From: Antedon mediterranea
Taxonomy: Eukaryota > Animalia > Echinodermata
Length of the DNA stretch: 64,000 nucleotides
Assembly: GCF_964355755.1 (NCBI RefSeq)
Contig: NC_092673.1
Span: 27,835,648-27,899,647, forward strand
Direction: 5' to 3'
Below, in pieces: positions 1 through 15,300 of the stretch (the stretch's first letter is position 1; each line of letters opens with the position of its first letter). The notes beneath the pieces were generated by a model, which saw only the letters and a list, made by a program, of their open reading frames with translations, was not told the DNA's origin and did no database searches. A program made the position numbers and the translations under genes.

Positions 1-333
1 CATTTTGTTGTCACATAAAGTTTCAGACAGAGCTTAAAATATTCCATAAACAAAATTCTACTTAAATATGGCATATTACATTTTCCAATTTTCAAGCTTT
101 GTCAAAAACTTGAATTCATTGATCTAAAGCTCTGTTTACACTATAAAACTGTATGTGACAAAAAAATGTGATGTGCCTATACTGTACATGGACACGATAT
201 TGTCATATCACTACAATATTTGGGCATATCACTACCATGTTTGTGCAGATTGCACTTTTTTTTGTCAAACTAGTGATAGTGTTGACAATACATAAAAGCC
301 TAATTTTCAAGCCTTGTTGTTTTCTCTTGATAG

Positions 334-3300
334 GTATTGATGGAAATTGTAGACACCTTACTTTTATATGTGAATCATGTCTGTAAGCTACCAGATGTCA
401 AGTTTGAATATGTTTCATCTCTTCCTCCATCTGCTGTACATATTATCAAACAGTCTTTTGAACATTGTAAGGTATGAAACTGAAGTTCCTAAAGTTAAGG
501 CATACATTTGAATTAAAACCCCTTAAGTTCCTAAAATAAGGCATGCATTTGAATTATAATCTAACCGCTTAAGTTCTTAAAATTGAGGTATACATTTGAA
601 ATATTTTAAACCTACAATTGTCAATGCTTCCAAAAGCAGACTCTTTGAAAACCAACATTTTCTTTCACAAAATCATTTCTGTCATTTAGATTAAATGCAT
701 CTACCAGACTTTCCAGAAATACTGTATTTTGGCCAGCCCAAGGTTGTACAGTTTTGGAATATTTGACTTCTGGGCTAGAACTCGCGTCAATAATTAGTTA
801 TTATTCAAATTTGATGTAGGTTAGTAACTCACTGTATGGAGAACTTTTCCAATGTGTGTCCGAACACTTGATGGCGCTGTTTAAGAAAGCTCATCAGCTG
901 CAGAAGTCGCTTATCTCATTGATGGAACTTCTACCACTGACATCAGAGACACCAGATGATTGTATCAACTGTTTTACAGAAGGTAATGTCAAAGGTCGCA
1001 AGATACAGAAGTAAAATTAAAGTGTCATGCCAAATATCATCACTGATTGTTGTATTCTGTCATCATCTATTATTACCATCGCCATAGAATTTTCTTTGTT
1101 ATGTTTTGTCAGGGCCGTAGCCAGCATTAAGCATGGAATTTTCAATTTTCACCACCCACCCTAATTCCCCAGCGCAGATCCTCATATTTTATATTAATAA
1201 AGCATCTTTGCCTCGCTACAGCCTTGTTTTGAGAAAATCAGAGTGAGCATTTTTTGTAAGTGCCTATGGTGAAGGTGGATGGGAACCCTAACCTTAAACT
1301 TCTTCAGCTCACCTTGAAGTTATTATTAAATTTAATATTTTAAGTTTGTTTCTCTTGTTAGTGTGTGGTGTTTTTCATGATGTTTGCTGTATAATAAGTA
1401 AGATGGACTTAGCGTTGATGGTTTCTACTTGGAAATTTCTTGTCAAAATTATCACAAAACACAAAGAATATATGCAACATAAACTAAATGTAAGTGTTCT
1501 ACAAAATCTAATCAAATTGTACCTTTTTCAATATTTTTTTTTCTTAAACTTTTTTTTCTAGTTTAAGATTTATCTTCAATATTTTATTATTCTCAATCTT
1601 TCCTTTAAAGGAAGGCTAGACATGGTATATACATTCACAATATCTGTATTAAACAAATAACAAGTTGTAAAATATTCTGATAGATAAGTGTGTGCTAACT
1701 AGCCATACTTTATCCTCTAGAATTGAGATGGCTTCCTCTAAGTTATTTTGTTCCAAGTTAAGCTTAGTCAGAGACCACCACAATAAAGTGTGATGTGCCC
1801 AAATATGGTAGTGATATGACATCATCATGTCTATATATGGATACATCTTTTTGTCACAAGTTTGATAGTGTAGATAGAGCTTAAGAGTAATAATTCATTT
1901 TATTTCCATCAGGTTTCAGAGTTTGTAAGCTCTCTTTGCAAACACATACAAGAAAGCTTTGATACTTGTTTAGAGCAAGCTCCAAAGCTGCAACAGTCTG
2001 GTACTGCCACTGCCACCGTCTCTGGTACTTCCTCTGATAGTTCCACCGGTACTGCTAATTCTGCTTCATTTGGTGATGAGAAATCCTTTCAACGGAATCT
2101 TAAGATTTGTCACCTGTCCGCTAAGATGCTAGTGCACCTGTTAAAGGAGTATGGAGAGCTGGCAATGTTGAAACTTAGGTCACTCTACCAGATGTTGCTG
2201 TTATTTTACAGGTGAAAGCCAACACTTTGACAAATATACAGCAATTGAAGCAACAAAACAAACAGCTAACTTTAGAAAGAAAATTTGATTAGCTAAACCA
2301 TCACAAAATAGACCTATTTTGGTATGTTTCGGTGACCTGTATAAAGTCACTACAAAACCCCAAATATTTTTTAAAAATTTATGTTTGTTTTCTGTTTCCA
2401 TAGTAAAAGCCCACCTAGCCTAAAAGCACCAGAATTAACTGAACAGTCACATGAATGTTTAAAGACTTCTTTACTGGTCTGCACAGAGCCTATCTTGCAG
2501 TTACTTTGTAATGAAAAGCATTTTTGTGAAATTGTCACAATACATGAAAACGGTGAGTAGCTATTATGACTCCCAAAATTCACTTTAAATATATATTGTA
2601 CCCCTAAAAAATAATTTTTTTTAAATGTTCATTTTAATTTCACCTAATAATGTCACATAATAGTTATTCACTTTGACCAAAAAGTGTATCGAAATTTTTT
2701 TTATTTACCTGGAAAAAAAATGTAATTTAAAGCAAAAATACTTAAATTGTTTATCAGACAATGAGTTTTTGGTTTATTTCTTTTTTTTATAAGTGCAATT
2801 ATTTTTTTTTTAAACTGCAAAATGGCCTATTTAAAGTATGATTTTATTAATCTTCATTTTTTTTTTATGGGACAGTACATCTTTAATATTATTAATATGT
2901 TAACACACCAAAGTTTATACTTTAAGTAAAGCATGACACGTTCTTTTCACTTCACATAGATTGCAGTGTCGACAGTGAGTTTGCGCAGTGTTTGCTATTG
3001 ATAGCCATCATGAAGCAGTTACCATCATGTAATAATGAGACACAAGATCTATGGCTAGCCCCAGAACAAACCTCTCACACTGAGCCTAGAAACAGTATCC
3101 TAGAATCTCTGTTTGAGTCAGTCTCTGCATGTAAGTATTTTATATATATTTATGTGAAATATATTTATTTATAAGATTTTTGTATGAACAGGCTCATTTT
3201 TTAATAAAGTGTGATGTGCCCAAATATGGTAGTGATGTGCCTAAATATGGTAGTGATATGACACCATCATGTCTATATATGGGCACATCCCATTTTTGGT

Positions 3301-6300
3301 CACATAAAGTTTGATAGTGTAGACAGAGCTTAATACTTTTTCTTCTATCAGGTTATCCAGAGCTGAGCCTACCGGTACAGTTAACTGGAGTGAGATGCGT
3401 TGGTAAACCTCTGGAACCCATCAGCTTTCATCAGTACCTTATCACTTATACTAGTGCTTACATCGCATCCATTCAAGCAAAGCATTTTCATATTGTAGAG
3501 GGTGTCCTTCTAAAATGGTGCTTGAATACAAAAACTCATGTTGCCATGGTTTCTATAGATTTGTGGTGTTTTCTTGCAAGGTAAACAAATTGTTTATTAT
3601 TTCAAAAAAGTAGAACCCTTATTAAAGAGGCATTTTCAGGGGCAGTACTTTTTAATTATTATTTTTTTTTATGTTCTAGATATGGAACTGCTGAAGTTTG
3701 TAATTCGCATGTAAAAGGCTTGGTCCAAATCCTTAGTAAAGTCCCTGCTGGCTACCACAATGTACAATGTACACATTTAATGATGTTGGTTGGACGGTTA
3801 GTAACCTTTATGAGAGATGATCATCTGGTGAGTGTGTATAGTTTGGTTCAGATTGTTATATTTCACTGACCTATGTCTGACCTGTCTACAATATCAAACT
3901 TTATGTGACCAAAAAATGTGATGTTCCCATATGGACATGATAATGGCATATCACTACCATATTTGGACACATCACACATTTTTTGTCACACTAATTTTGA
4001 CAGAGCTTTAGCCATATATTTTCTTTTTCAAGGGAAACTTCTCCTAACCCAATGTGTTACAAAGGATAGAGTTCTACTGTATTGAGCAAAATTAATTTTC
4101 AAAATTTCATAGGTGTATTCCAGATTTCCAAAAATTACAAAAAAAAGATAGAAGACTTGTTTAAAGATATATTCTCCCTAAACATTTTTTAATATGCCAT
4201 TTTAATGTCACATTAAATAGTTATTCACTTTGACCAAAAACTGGATCGAAAAACAACATTATTTACCTGAAAACAATGTAATTGAAAACAAAAAATACTT
4301 CAATTGCCTGTCAGACGATAGTTTTTGGTTAAAATGAAAAGTTTCTTTTGTCTTTTTATAAGTGAAATAATTTTTTTTTTCTGCAGAAGTGAATAACTTG
4401 ATTAAAATTGAAAAATGGCCTATTTAATGTCTGATTTATTAATCTTAATTTTTCATGTTTTTGTGGGGACAAATACATCTTTTTAAGTAGCCCCTTTCAC
4501 ACAGAGCTGTAAGACGGTAATATTGCGGTAATTCGTGAACGCCGGCTTATCCCTTCCCCAATTTTAAAATCCTGGATCAATCACTAACAGTTTTTTTTAT
4601 AATTTTTAAATTTAGGTGATCAATCATTTTCAGGATGTTTATAATAAATCACAAATGAATGTTACAATTTTACATCAATCCATTGTTTACATTTAATGTA
4701 CCTTTGTAACCTCACTTGGTTAAAAGTTTATTTCTAAACACATTAATCAGGGTCTTGCTATCTATCTGAATGACTTACTGTTTATATTATCTGCAAATAT
4801 ATGTTTAAAAGGTTGCAAATGCTCTAGCAAGAATGTGATAATAATTTGTTTTGTAAATCATATCTATCATCTTTACAGGCCCATAGTATCCTTGTGTTGT
4901 TGTTTTCCCAGGACTTAGCTTGAACCTATTAATGTTACATTATCTAGACAACATGCTTATGACCTGTCATGGAATTTATCTACAGTAATACAATATTTTG
5001 TTTTTAGAATAATTTTTAATTCTGTTTTTATAGATTTTTATAGTAGTTTCTTTAATAGTAGTAGTTCCTAAATTCTATTTCAAAATCGTATTTCTGAGTG
5101 GAAAACTCTGAATTTATTCAGTATAAACACAATTAATTTATTAAATGCTACTAGCAGGTACACGTCCACTGGACGGACATCACATTATAATGATTGTAAG
5201 GTTCAATGCAGTACACACACTTCTATATGAAATAGATATTCATATATTTCATACAAATTTGCCGTTCTAATTAGACTAATGGATAGAGGGGAATTAAAAG
5301 GTGCCCCAGCACTAGTATCAGATTTGTGGTTTTAGGAGGAGATAGAGGAACACATTTTGGCTTAGTGCTCTTATATAGATTTATGCAAAATATGTTTATG
5401 ATCATTTACATGGTTTTATTTTACTTTCTTAATAATTTTACTTTCTCTACAATCTAAGTTTTGCTAACTTTTCTGAATTCTGATTGCCCGTTTAAATAAA
5501 GCTAGTTTTTAGAACTTAATATGTGTGAGAATTTGGCTGTTATCATACACCTGTTGCAAGGCAACCATTGGTATTTTAAACCCATTTTTTACAGGTGTAT
5601 AATAGGTTCATATTATTTCCTTTCTAACAACATTCTCTGATCAGTAAATTGCTCCGGAAACAAAGTGACGCTTCTCGATAACATCCATTCATCAAAATAA
5701 TATTAAAGAATTTTGTACATTTATTAATTAGTTTATGATTACAAGAAAAATTTGTAATGCCCCCTCTATGGTGTTTTAATTTTACCTGGCCGACTAACAG
5801 ATGACTATTACATGTGTTCATGTATGACACTGACAGATCTATTTCTGTGCAAACTCAATTTCAGTGATTGGAGATATTATGTGTTATAATATTCAATGTT
5901 ACAGCATTTCAACAATTCGTTGAACTTGTGGACAGAATTTTGGCAACAAATGATAATGCGTTATATTATATATAATCCTATTTGATTGCTTTATCTTGAT
6001 TTCACAAAGATAAGTCAGTACCACCTTAGTTGAAGTATTTCAAATGATTTCCCCTTGTTTAGATTGTATCTATCTGTACCATAGGGGCTTAGAAAGTTAA
6101 TAAGAACACATCTCATGGGGCTGATGTTACAGTCAAACTGCTTTGCCCTGCAATCTGTGAATAACTGTTGAAATTAAACATGTTTAGCATATGTCTTCAG
6201 ATTTTTTGAATGCATGCTTCTTTTGTTTAAATGTATAAAGCTCTGTCTACACTATCAAACTTTATGTGACAAACAAATGTGATGTACCCATATATGGACA

Positions 6301-9300
6301 TGATGATGTCATATCACTACCATATTTGAGCATATCACTACCGTATTTTGGCACATCCCACATTTTTTGTCAAACTAGTTTGATAGTGTAGACAGTGCTT
6401 AAACGTTTATCAAGTACATTTCTTAGACTAGTATTGTAATTTTAAGAAAACAAAGTATTTATTGCACTTTGTTATGCATTATTTTATTCATAATTTGTAG
6501 GTCACTAACACCCAACAGTTTATCAAGAGAAAAACACATAAATTATTAGTGATTTCACAAAGTGACACTAAACATGTACTGTAGTGGTTTGATAAAAACA
6601 TGCGTTTTGTGAAAAACAAGATAAAGTACACATAATTGTAGCTTTACAAAATTTTATTTAGATTTTCTTTATGTACACCTGTAATTCTAGACAATTCAGG
6701 TAAATTATTTGGAATGCAGTAGTTTATTAAAGTCTAGTTAATTAAATCTATGTTAAGGCTAAACGTTAGTGCATCACTTCTTTAAAAAGATCTGTCTGCA
6801 ATATCAAACTAGTTTGCCAAAAAAAGTGTTATGTGTTAGTGACATGCTTAAATATGGTAGTAATATGATTAAATATGACAGTGATATGCTTAAATATTGT
6901 TTTGATATGACATCATAATGTCCATATATGGGCACATCACATAAAGTTTAATAGTGTAGACAGAGCATCAAAACACTAAATCAATTTCACATGTGTAATG
7001 TTAGTAGTCTCATCGTCACATAATTTTAATGTTAAAACATACTGCAGAATGTTAATGATTAAACAAACATCTTAAGCCCAGAGGGTTAAATGATATATAT
7101 AGACCATCTTTAATAAATTAAAATACATTATATTGTACTGTACATATCAAGTTAAGTTTATATTGTTTTTGTTTAGGCCCAACTAGTGACGGAGTATCCA
7201 CCATCAGAGCATACATGTTTATGGAGCAGTCTTCCTTTGTCAGTTTTTACAGTTGAAACTCGGCAATCTATACGTGATAATGTCATTAGCACTTCCAACA
7301 AGAGAATCACAGAATGGCTTCTAGATACAAACCTCCAAACACTGACTGATGTTTATGAATTAGTGAGTGTTAACTGCTTTCTTTGTCGTCTGATTCTGTT
7401 CTTTAACGAAAATATAAATCCTGTAAATTAAGAATTAATTTCCTGATGACTTGATTAAATACTTCCTATGGCCGCGTATGTTTTACTTGATTGTATTTAA
7501 CTACTGTGCAATAAATTTATATTTGTCAAATGAATCAACAAAATGATGAATTTGTCAATTTCTTTTTCTATTTTTAGATATTTCTCTATATATGGTTTAT
7601 TAAGTGTTTCCCCAATACTGTCTTTATTTCTCTGTTAGTTATGTTTGGGGCTTTAATATTTATTATTTGTTCACTGAGTTTATTATAATTTGTAATACTT
7701 TCAACTGATAATCCAATTTACGGATCTACTTTTTTGAAGTGGTAAAGATAATATAGATAAAAATAAAATATAATTATAATAATCATGTAGGCTATTTGTA
7801 GAGTCACCAACAATTTTTTAAAGCTGTGACTTCATGTCATAGGATGGCATACATAAATTTTCGCACTCAATTTAACATGCATGTTGCTATATGTTGCCTT
7901 CGTTCGAATAGTTTAACTTTTCCTAAGAGATGATTTCAAATCAAATTTAATTTAAAACATTAAGTACATGGCTGAAAAGACCTACATTGGGTTCCAGTCA
8001 TTTAGAAATCCAGGATTCAAAGAAGTTTGGGTAGACACAAATCTTTGAAAAGTTAGCATTTATTGTTTTTCCAAATGTATTGATTGATGTTTTCTGTTTT
8101 ATAGTGTTCCCATGTTGCAGCACTTTTTTATGATTATGAGTCTTCTAAATCTAAGAAAGGTTGGCGTATATTGTCTTTCCAAATGTATTGATTGATGTTT
8201 TCTTTTTTATAGTGCCCCCATGTTGCAGCACTTGGCAACATTTACCAACATTATGAGTCTAAGCATTCAAGTGTTTTACAAAATGTGGAACGGTTGTGGT
8301 TCATCTTGGATATCCAAAGCATAAAGGATCACGTTTTTCTGATATTACTCATTCATTTATCTTCCTACCTACTTGGCCAGTTTACTAATGATATCCTTAT
8401 AAAGGTATTCTTGTCTTATTCTGTATTGTTAGTTTTGTTTAAAAAAATATAAGATTGTAAGGACAAAAATTATTTTTCCTTTACGAGATGTGTAAGTTAT
8501 GTGTAATAATAAAAATGTTCAATTTGTGTTAGATTACCAAAAATTGTACTTATTACTGCTTATCAATTTGTTTTCCGTTAAAGCTCTGTCTACACTATCA
8601 AACTTCATGTGACAAAAAAACGTGTTGTGCCCATATATTGTAGCGATATGCACAAATATGGTAGTGATATGCCCAAATATGGTAATAACATCATCATGTC
8701 CATATATGGGCACATTTTTTTGTCACATAAAGTTAGATAGTGTAGACAGAGCTTAAGAACACACAACAAACTTACAGGGCTCATGTAATTTTTTTGTTTA
8801 GGTTCTAGATCATTTAAACCAGGTCATTCATGCTGGCGTTAGCAGTGATGTGCTGTTGGCTGTTGTTGACTTTCTTAGTAAGATGGGTAAACTTACATTT
8901 AAAACTCAAAATCAGGTAATTTTGAACCAAATTCACATGCTTGAATTAATTAATATCTTTTCTTCTTCTTGTATGTGTTCAAATAATATAATACTGTACT
9001 AGTTTAAAGCTCTGTCTACACTATCAAACTTTATGTGGCGAAAAAATGTGATATAGACATGATGTCACTATTTCACTATCAACATTTGTGCACATCACAC
9101 TTTTTTGTCAAACTAGTTTTATAATGTAGACAGAGCTTAAGATGTACATTGTATTTGGATATATGCTAGAGTAATATACCAGATTTGTATATAGCTCAAA
9201 GAAGCTACTAAAGAACTTACTTTTGATTTGCATGTTCCATTATGCCTCTAAATTTCAAATCATTTTAAAATTATTATTTTTTAATAATGTAGGTTGATGA

Positions 9301-12300
9301 TGTTATTACAGATGATTTCATAGTTGATGACATCACATCTAGGATATCTAGTCTATTCTCCTCTCTTCTTGCTGACACATGCTATGTTGTACATCAACAG
9401 GCCCTATCAGTATTCAGTGACTTTGCCGAGGTTTGTCATTGGTTTATTTGATTAACATGCATTCATGTTGATTATTGTTTGCAGAACAAATTTATCATTT
9501 GTTTAAAGCTTGGAAAGAATGCTTGATTTATTGATTTGAGTAAATTAATAAGGCTATTAATTGATTGATTTAATTTCAAGGATTAATGATTTATTTTATG
9601 TAGAGTTGACAAAAAATATTTTGGTGTGAATTCCATAAGGTAAAGATAAGAATTTGAATACGTCACTGCCAGAGCCTATCTTGTTTTTAATTTTGGATTA
9701 TTGTATCTGGTCTTTAATTCTAAATACAAAAATTAAAATTTGATTAACATGCATTCATTTTGGTTATTTTTGCAGAACAAATTAATTATTTGTTTAAATA
9801 TTGTGTAGACAGAGCTTAATTCTCAATACAGAGATGTAAAAATTCATACAATGTTTATACTCTGGTGAACAATATTCAATTTAGTTTTCTATTTTTAGGA
9901 AACTGTGTATGAATCTATAGTGACAGACAGTCTAGTGGATGATAGTACCCAGGCAGCCACTGTTCAGTTTCTTCAACAGGTAATAGTCACCTAATAATAG
10001 ATTTATATGCTTAACATTATCTCAAAGTGCATTGAACTTAATGTCACATTCAACAACTTTGATTTTCTCTAAAGCGTGGTTTCCACTAACACACAACGTA
10101 ACCTACACAACGTAAGAAAATGCCCTTCTAATAATTGTGTTTGCCTCTGCCTGCGTGAAATCAAACCTGCTTGTTGCATGTCAACGTTAGTTCACCCTGC
10201 ATACTTTTGAGTACACACTGTACTATGTTTTCCAGTGTTCTTTTGTCTTTCGTCGTTGCCAGAAACTGATTTGATTTCCCTGTAGCGATGTTTGCAGTAC
10301 TGTGTTGATGTTTGCGTCGTCGTCGGTTCCCACTCATGATTACGCAATACAGCACTTTGCGTTGATACGTTTTGCATTCCAGTGGGAACCACACTTAATG
10401 TTCTCTTTGTGTTGATGCCACCAAACCGTGTGTATTTGAAAGATAAACTGATAATTAATTTTTTTTTTCTGTTCTAAAGAAAACTTTTAATCAGTCACTA
10501 CCAACCATCTTGAATCTAATTTCTGTTGGCCAATCAAATAATAATTTTTCAAAATTTATGAAAATACAGTACCGTACTGACGCGGGTATAAGCCCATACT
10601 CGGGTATAAGCCCACCCCCGACTTTTGACTAATTTTCCTGAAAAATGAGGCACTCGGGTATAAGCCCACCCATTAATTCGAAGATCTACAGTGCGTGTCG
10701 TAATACATTATTTTGTATTTGGCGACGTCCATACACCGAATACACCTACCTTTGATCATAACCAAACTAGGCTAGTATACGCTAGGCCATATGAGGCCTA
10801 GCGGTCCTGTTTTGTTTACACTCCATCGCGGTCGAAGATCGCTTCACATACGACGCTACAAGTCGCCAAAACGGAAAACCACTATTTGTTATCGGCTGCC
10901 ATAAACAAGCTTATTAAATTTCTTTGGTACATTTCTATTTAACGAACATTGTATACTTGCTTTTCTGCTTGATAAATTCTTGTTAAATTGATGTTTAAAA
11001 TAAGATATTCTACGATAAATTACACGAACTATAAGCTTAATTTACACCTCGTGTATTAGAGGCAATGTCGTACACGTGAGGGCGCTCGCTCGCATGGTGG
11101 AATACACAGTGTACATGTGCTATTTTGACGATCTGCATTTTTGGATCCTCGGGTATAAGCCCACCCCCCAAACTTGACGTGATTTCGTGTTCGAGGGGGG
11201 TGGGCTTATACCCGCGTCAGTACGGTAATTAAAAATTGGGTGTGGTAAAGTCCAACAAATTGGAAAGTGTAAATTCAGCTAAAATTATATTAATAATTAA
11301 TGTAAAAAAACTAAATGTATAATTTACAGACACCACACGGATGTTCTGATGACAGACAAACAGAAATAACAAGACTGGAGCATCAGAAAGAACTTATCAA
11401 CAAGAAAGAAGAGTATGTTCCAATGAAAACTATTACAACAGAGTATGAAAATATTGAGGTAAGCTTCTCAATACAATATGCATGCTTTGTGTAATTAGGT
11501 CAACTTAAATGTAAAGGTATTTATTCTGGTCTTCAAACTGAATTGGAAAATAAGAAAATTCAGATTAGGCCCTCCGCGGACCTACGACAGCCAGCAGTGC
11601 AGCACCTACCCAGATAAAAACACAGAGACGCTCCCCTACTCTTTTTAAATAGTGCACCAAGTCCTTTAATGTACACTATATGTACACAGGACCAACGACT
11701 TTACCTCCAATCCAAAGGATGAGGCAATGAAAGCAAACCATCTTGTCTAAGGATGCAATTAGTATGGTACAGATAACCTCGAGCACATGCCTATCACATG
11801 CTTGTCCGATATTATCATTACACCATCACTCTCTGGTATATACAGCACCCAGTTCGTCTCCCATCCAATTGAAATCTGTGACACCAACTCACCCTTATTC
11901 ATTTGCAGACACCCTTCCATTAGACCACATGTAATTTAGTGATACAGTATATTTATTTTTGATTGGATATCAACGTGTAACACCCTTAACGTGATAAAAA
12001 ATGTACAGTTGATAAAATTGGTTTTAAATTCAATGCCAACTCGGCATCTAAAGTTTAATCCTAATAATAATATGAATTGAATGCATAAATCCAAAGGCAA
12101 ATTACTGCAAAAATGACAATGCTGTGGGTAGTGACTGGCTCAACTTGGAGATACAAAATAAAAGCTAAATCAAAACAATAAAGTAAAACAGCCAGGAAAA
12201 AAAAACTGTATATATATATAACAGCTGCAGAATATTGATAATATATATACTTTTATTTCTTTTTTTTTATTACCCTAGTGTAAGTATAATAATGACTTGT

Positions 12301-15300
12301 CTTCTGATATAAAAATCATGATTACATTGTGTAAATATTTATATTTTGATGCTTCATGTCATTCAACTATTATGCACCCCTGGATTTCCAGGGGTGTCAT
12401 TCTTCACAATCTCAACTGTTTCAGCTTAGTCATATTTCAAAAGACATTATTCTTATCCAATTGTGTGCAATAATTTTTTGAAGGTCATTTTTTTGTTTCC
12501 TACTTTTTTCAAGTTTTGTTCTACAAATGTCATATTTTTTTATGCTTATGTTGAAACTTGCAGACTAAGGTTCCCTAACACCTGCTCCGGCCGGCTACTA
12601 TGGCAAATAAAATCAAAACTTAGTGTTTCGTTTTCACGACACTCCACGTGGCTACACCCATATTGATTGATGTTGAATTTTAAAACGCTTACTGCTTCAC
12701 GATCTGCAACATACAGTATTCTTGTTTCTTGGTTGACTGTCACCCCTGCGGGATACTTTAATATTCCTTGACCGATTGAACACCTTTCCTGGAATTCCTC
12801 GTCGGTCACTACTACACACTTTTCTGAAAGGTCACTGTATACTATCTGACCATTGCCCATGTGATGTAGTCTGTAAACTTGAGCATTTAGTGGCACATCT
12901 TTGCTCCTACTTGATACTAATAAATATCCATCTGGATTGACTGCAGCACCTGACACTAACTCTGTATCTTGTTTGTGTTCTTGTATGTCGTCAACTGTAT
13001 GAATAAGTCCCAGATTTTCCACTTTGATGTCTACTGGTGATTTTTTGATTGGAAATGTTCCAACTGTGATCTCCATCTGTCGGTCTCTTTACAGATACTT
13101 GTTATCTTGTACTCTCCGCTTCCTTGGTGATCTATAGAAATGTCAGCTTTTTCACCAGATGAGCTCTTTAATGCGCCAGTTAATTCTTCTGCGCCTTCTT
13201 CTGGACCTTTTACTGCCACAACGAACGGCTTGCCCTTTTGTGACTGTAATTAATTCCTCTTTTTCAACAACCATCGCTTTTCCAAAATTAAAAAACTTCA
13301 TTTCATGTTGTGTTTAATCAATGTAAGTTGTGAAGTTGTTAATTTGTTAATTATGAAATGCAATTATGTCTATTGTCTCCAGTGTGTTGGTCAGGTTACA
13401 GATTTATGTCATAATCTTTGATGCTACTTCTTGTTTTGCTTCAAGTTGATTTAGCTTGCTGTGTCATCTCGTTTTCATCTCGTTGTCATCTCGTTTTCTC
13501 GTTTTTCATCTCGTTTTCCTGTTAGTCTTTCAAGTTCTAGCAATAATTCTTTGTTTTGCTTGTAGCGTCATTCGTTCTTTGTGAGCTTTTATTCCTTTTC
13601 TGCATAAATCCAAATGAAACATAAAGTTGCCATCGTCCGCCAGAAAGGAATAAAACTGAGCTTCTAGTTTCTGTTTGATCTCTTAAGTTCTCTCAACAGC
13701 CTCGGTTACATTTTTATTAAACACGTCTACAGCATTCATTCGTCGTGTAACGTCGTGTTTATTTTGACTCTGTGAATTCTTCACATTCTTTACATCGTGA
13801 TTTCTTGCAGGTTATGCAAAAGAACTTGAGGCGCTTGTCATCATGAGTCGCACATTGATACTTGTCTAACTGATTTACGGACATCTAAAATAAAAACAAA
13901 CCAATCCATTTTATTTTTTGGTAGTCGTTAAAAAATCCTGTCTAATGATTTAGTGTAACTTGATAAAACTATACTTGACTTTATAATCCTCCATTGGGTT
14001 CAAATCTCAGTTCAGCGGTGGCGCCAAGATCTTCGCGACAAGGGGCTAGAACTCCAGTAGACATGCCCCCCCACCCCTTACAGTTGTCTTAACACTCTAC
14101 ATACCACACACAGTGTGCCTCACATAACATTTTAAAATCTTGTAATTTCTTTCTGTAATTGCTGTGTCATATGTGCTTGCTGTTGGATTAAAATAATAAT
14201 TTGTGCTTTTGACTTTACCTTCAAACTTTTTGGTACAAAATATTCTTCTATTGAAAACGTTCACAGTATTACAAAACAGTGAACTCAGGAATGGGAAGGA
14301 ATTGCTAAACTGTATGCCTTAATTCAAGAAACTATTATATAATATTAAATGAATATATTTGTTCTTTCCTGTATAGCATCCATCTTTTAAAATTCAAAAG
14401 GAAACAAACAATCCTCTCATCTATATATAAATTTACGTAAGGGCAAAATTCTGTAAATCGCGCGTTATTTCTAGAATGTTTACTCGATGGTATATAAAGT
14501 TGGTTCGTACTTTCGGTACTGATTTTAACCACCTGATGTAACCCTGTTTACTAATTAAATTGAGTTCGATAATTATTTATTGACGATTAAAACGAATTTA
14601 GGTTCAACGATTTGCCCCAAATAGGGGTGTTTTTCGATGGTGGTACACTGTCTAATGGATGTCCGTCTTGAAAAATACCCGCAGACAATAATACGAGGAT
14701 GCTTCGCATTTTCCTATCTCCTCCTACGATAATTGTTTTTAATGGCTGAAAACCGGTTGAACAGCTCGAGTATAGCATCATAATGTTGAAGACAGGCCGA
14801 TTTTCTTTAAAAAATACTATTTTGATAGATTTAATATACGTTTATACAAATGTATTGATTTGCGATGAATGGAACATTCCAATCTCTGTTCCACAAGTGT
14901 CTATTCCCTCAGGCGTCCTAAAGGCAAGTACAGGTACTGTATACTCATAACAGAAATTCGATCCATTTTTTTTTTCAATCTGTGCTGCAGAGGTTGGATA
15001 TAAATTTTTTTTAAACGGATAATGAGCTAGCGTTTTCACTCGCCGTATATTATGTACACATCTTTATTATTGTAGTTAAACCACCCATATCATCACCCTT
15101 CCCTCACTGGCATGAGTAGCGTTGTAAAACCAGTAGAGGATAGGCCTACGGTACATCACATGCCCTAAACGCAGAACAACTTTGGTGGGTAGGGGGTGGG
15201 TAGGGTAGGAACCAACTTAAGTATGAATTTGCTCTAAGAAACAATTGAAAACCATTAGGCCTAATTAAGTTGAGTTAGATAATTTAATAGTTATTGACGA

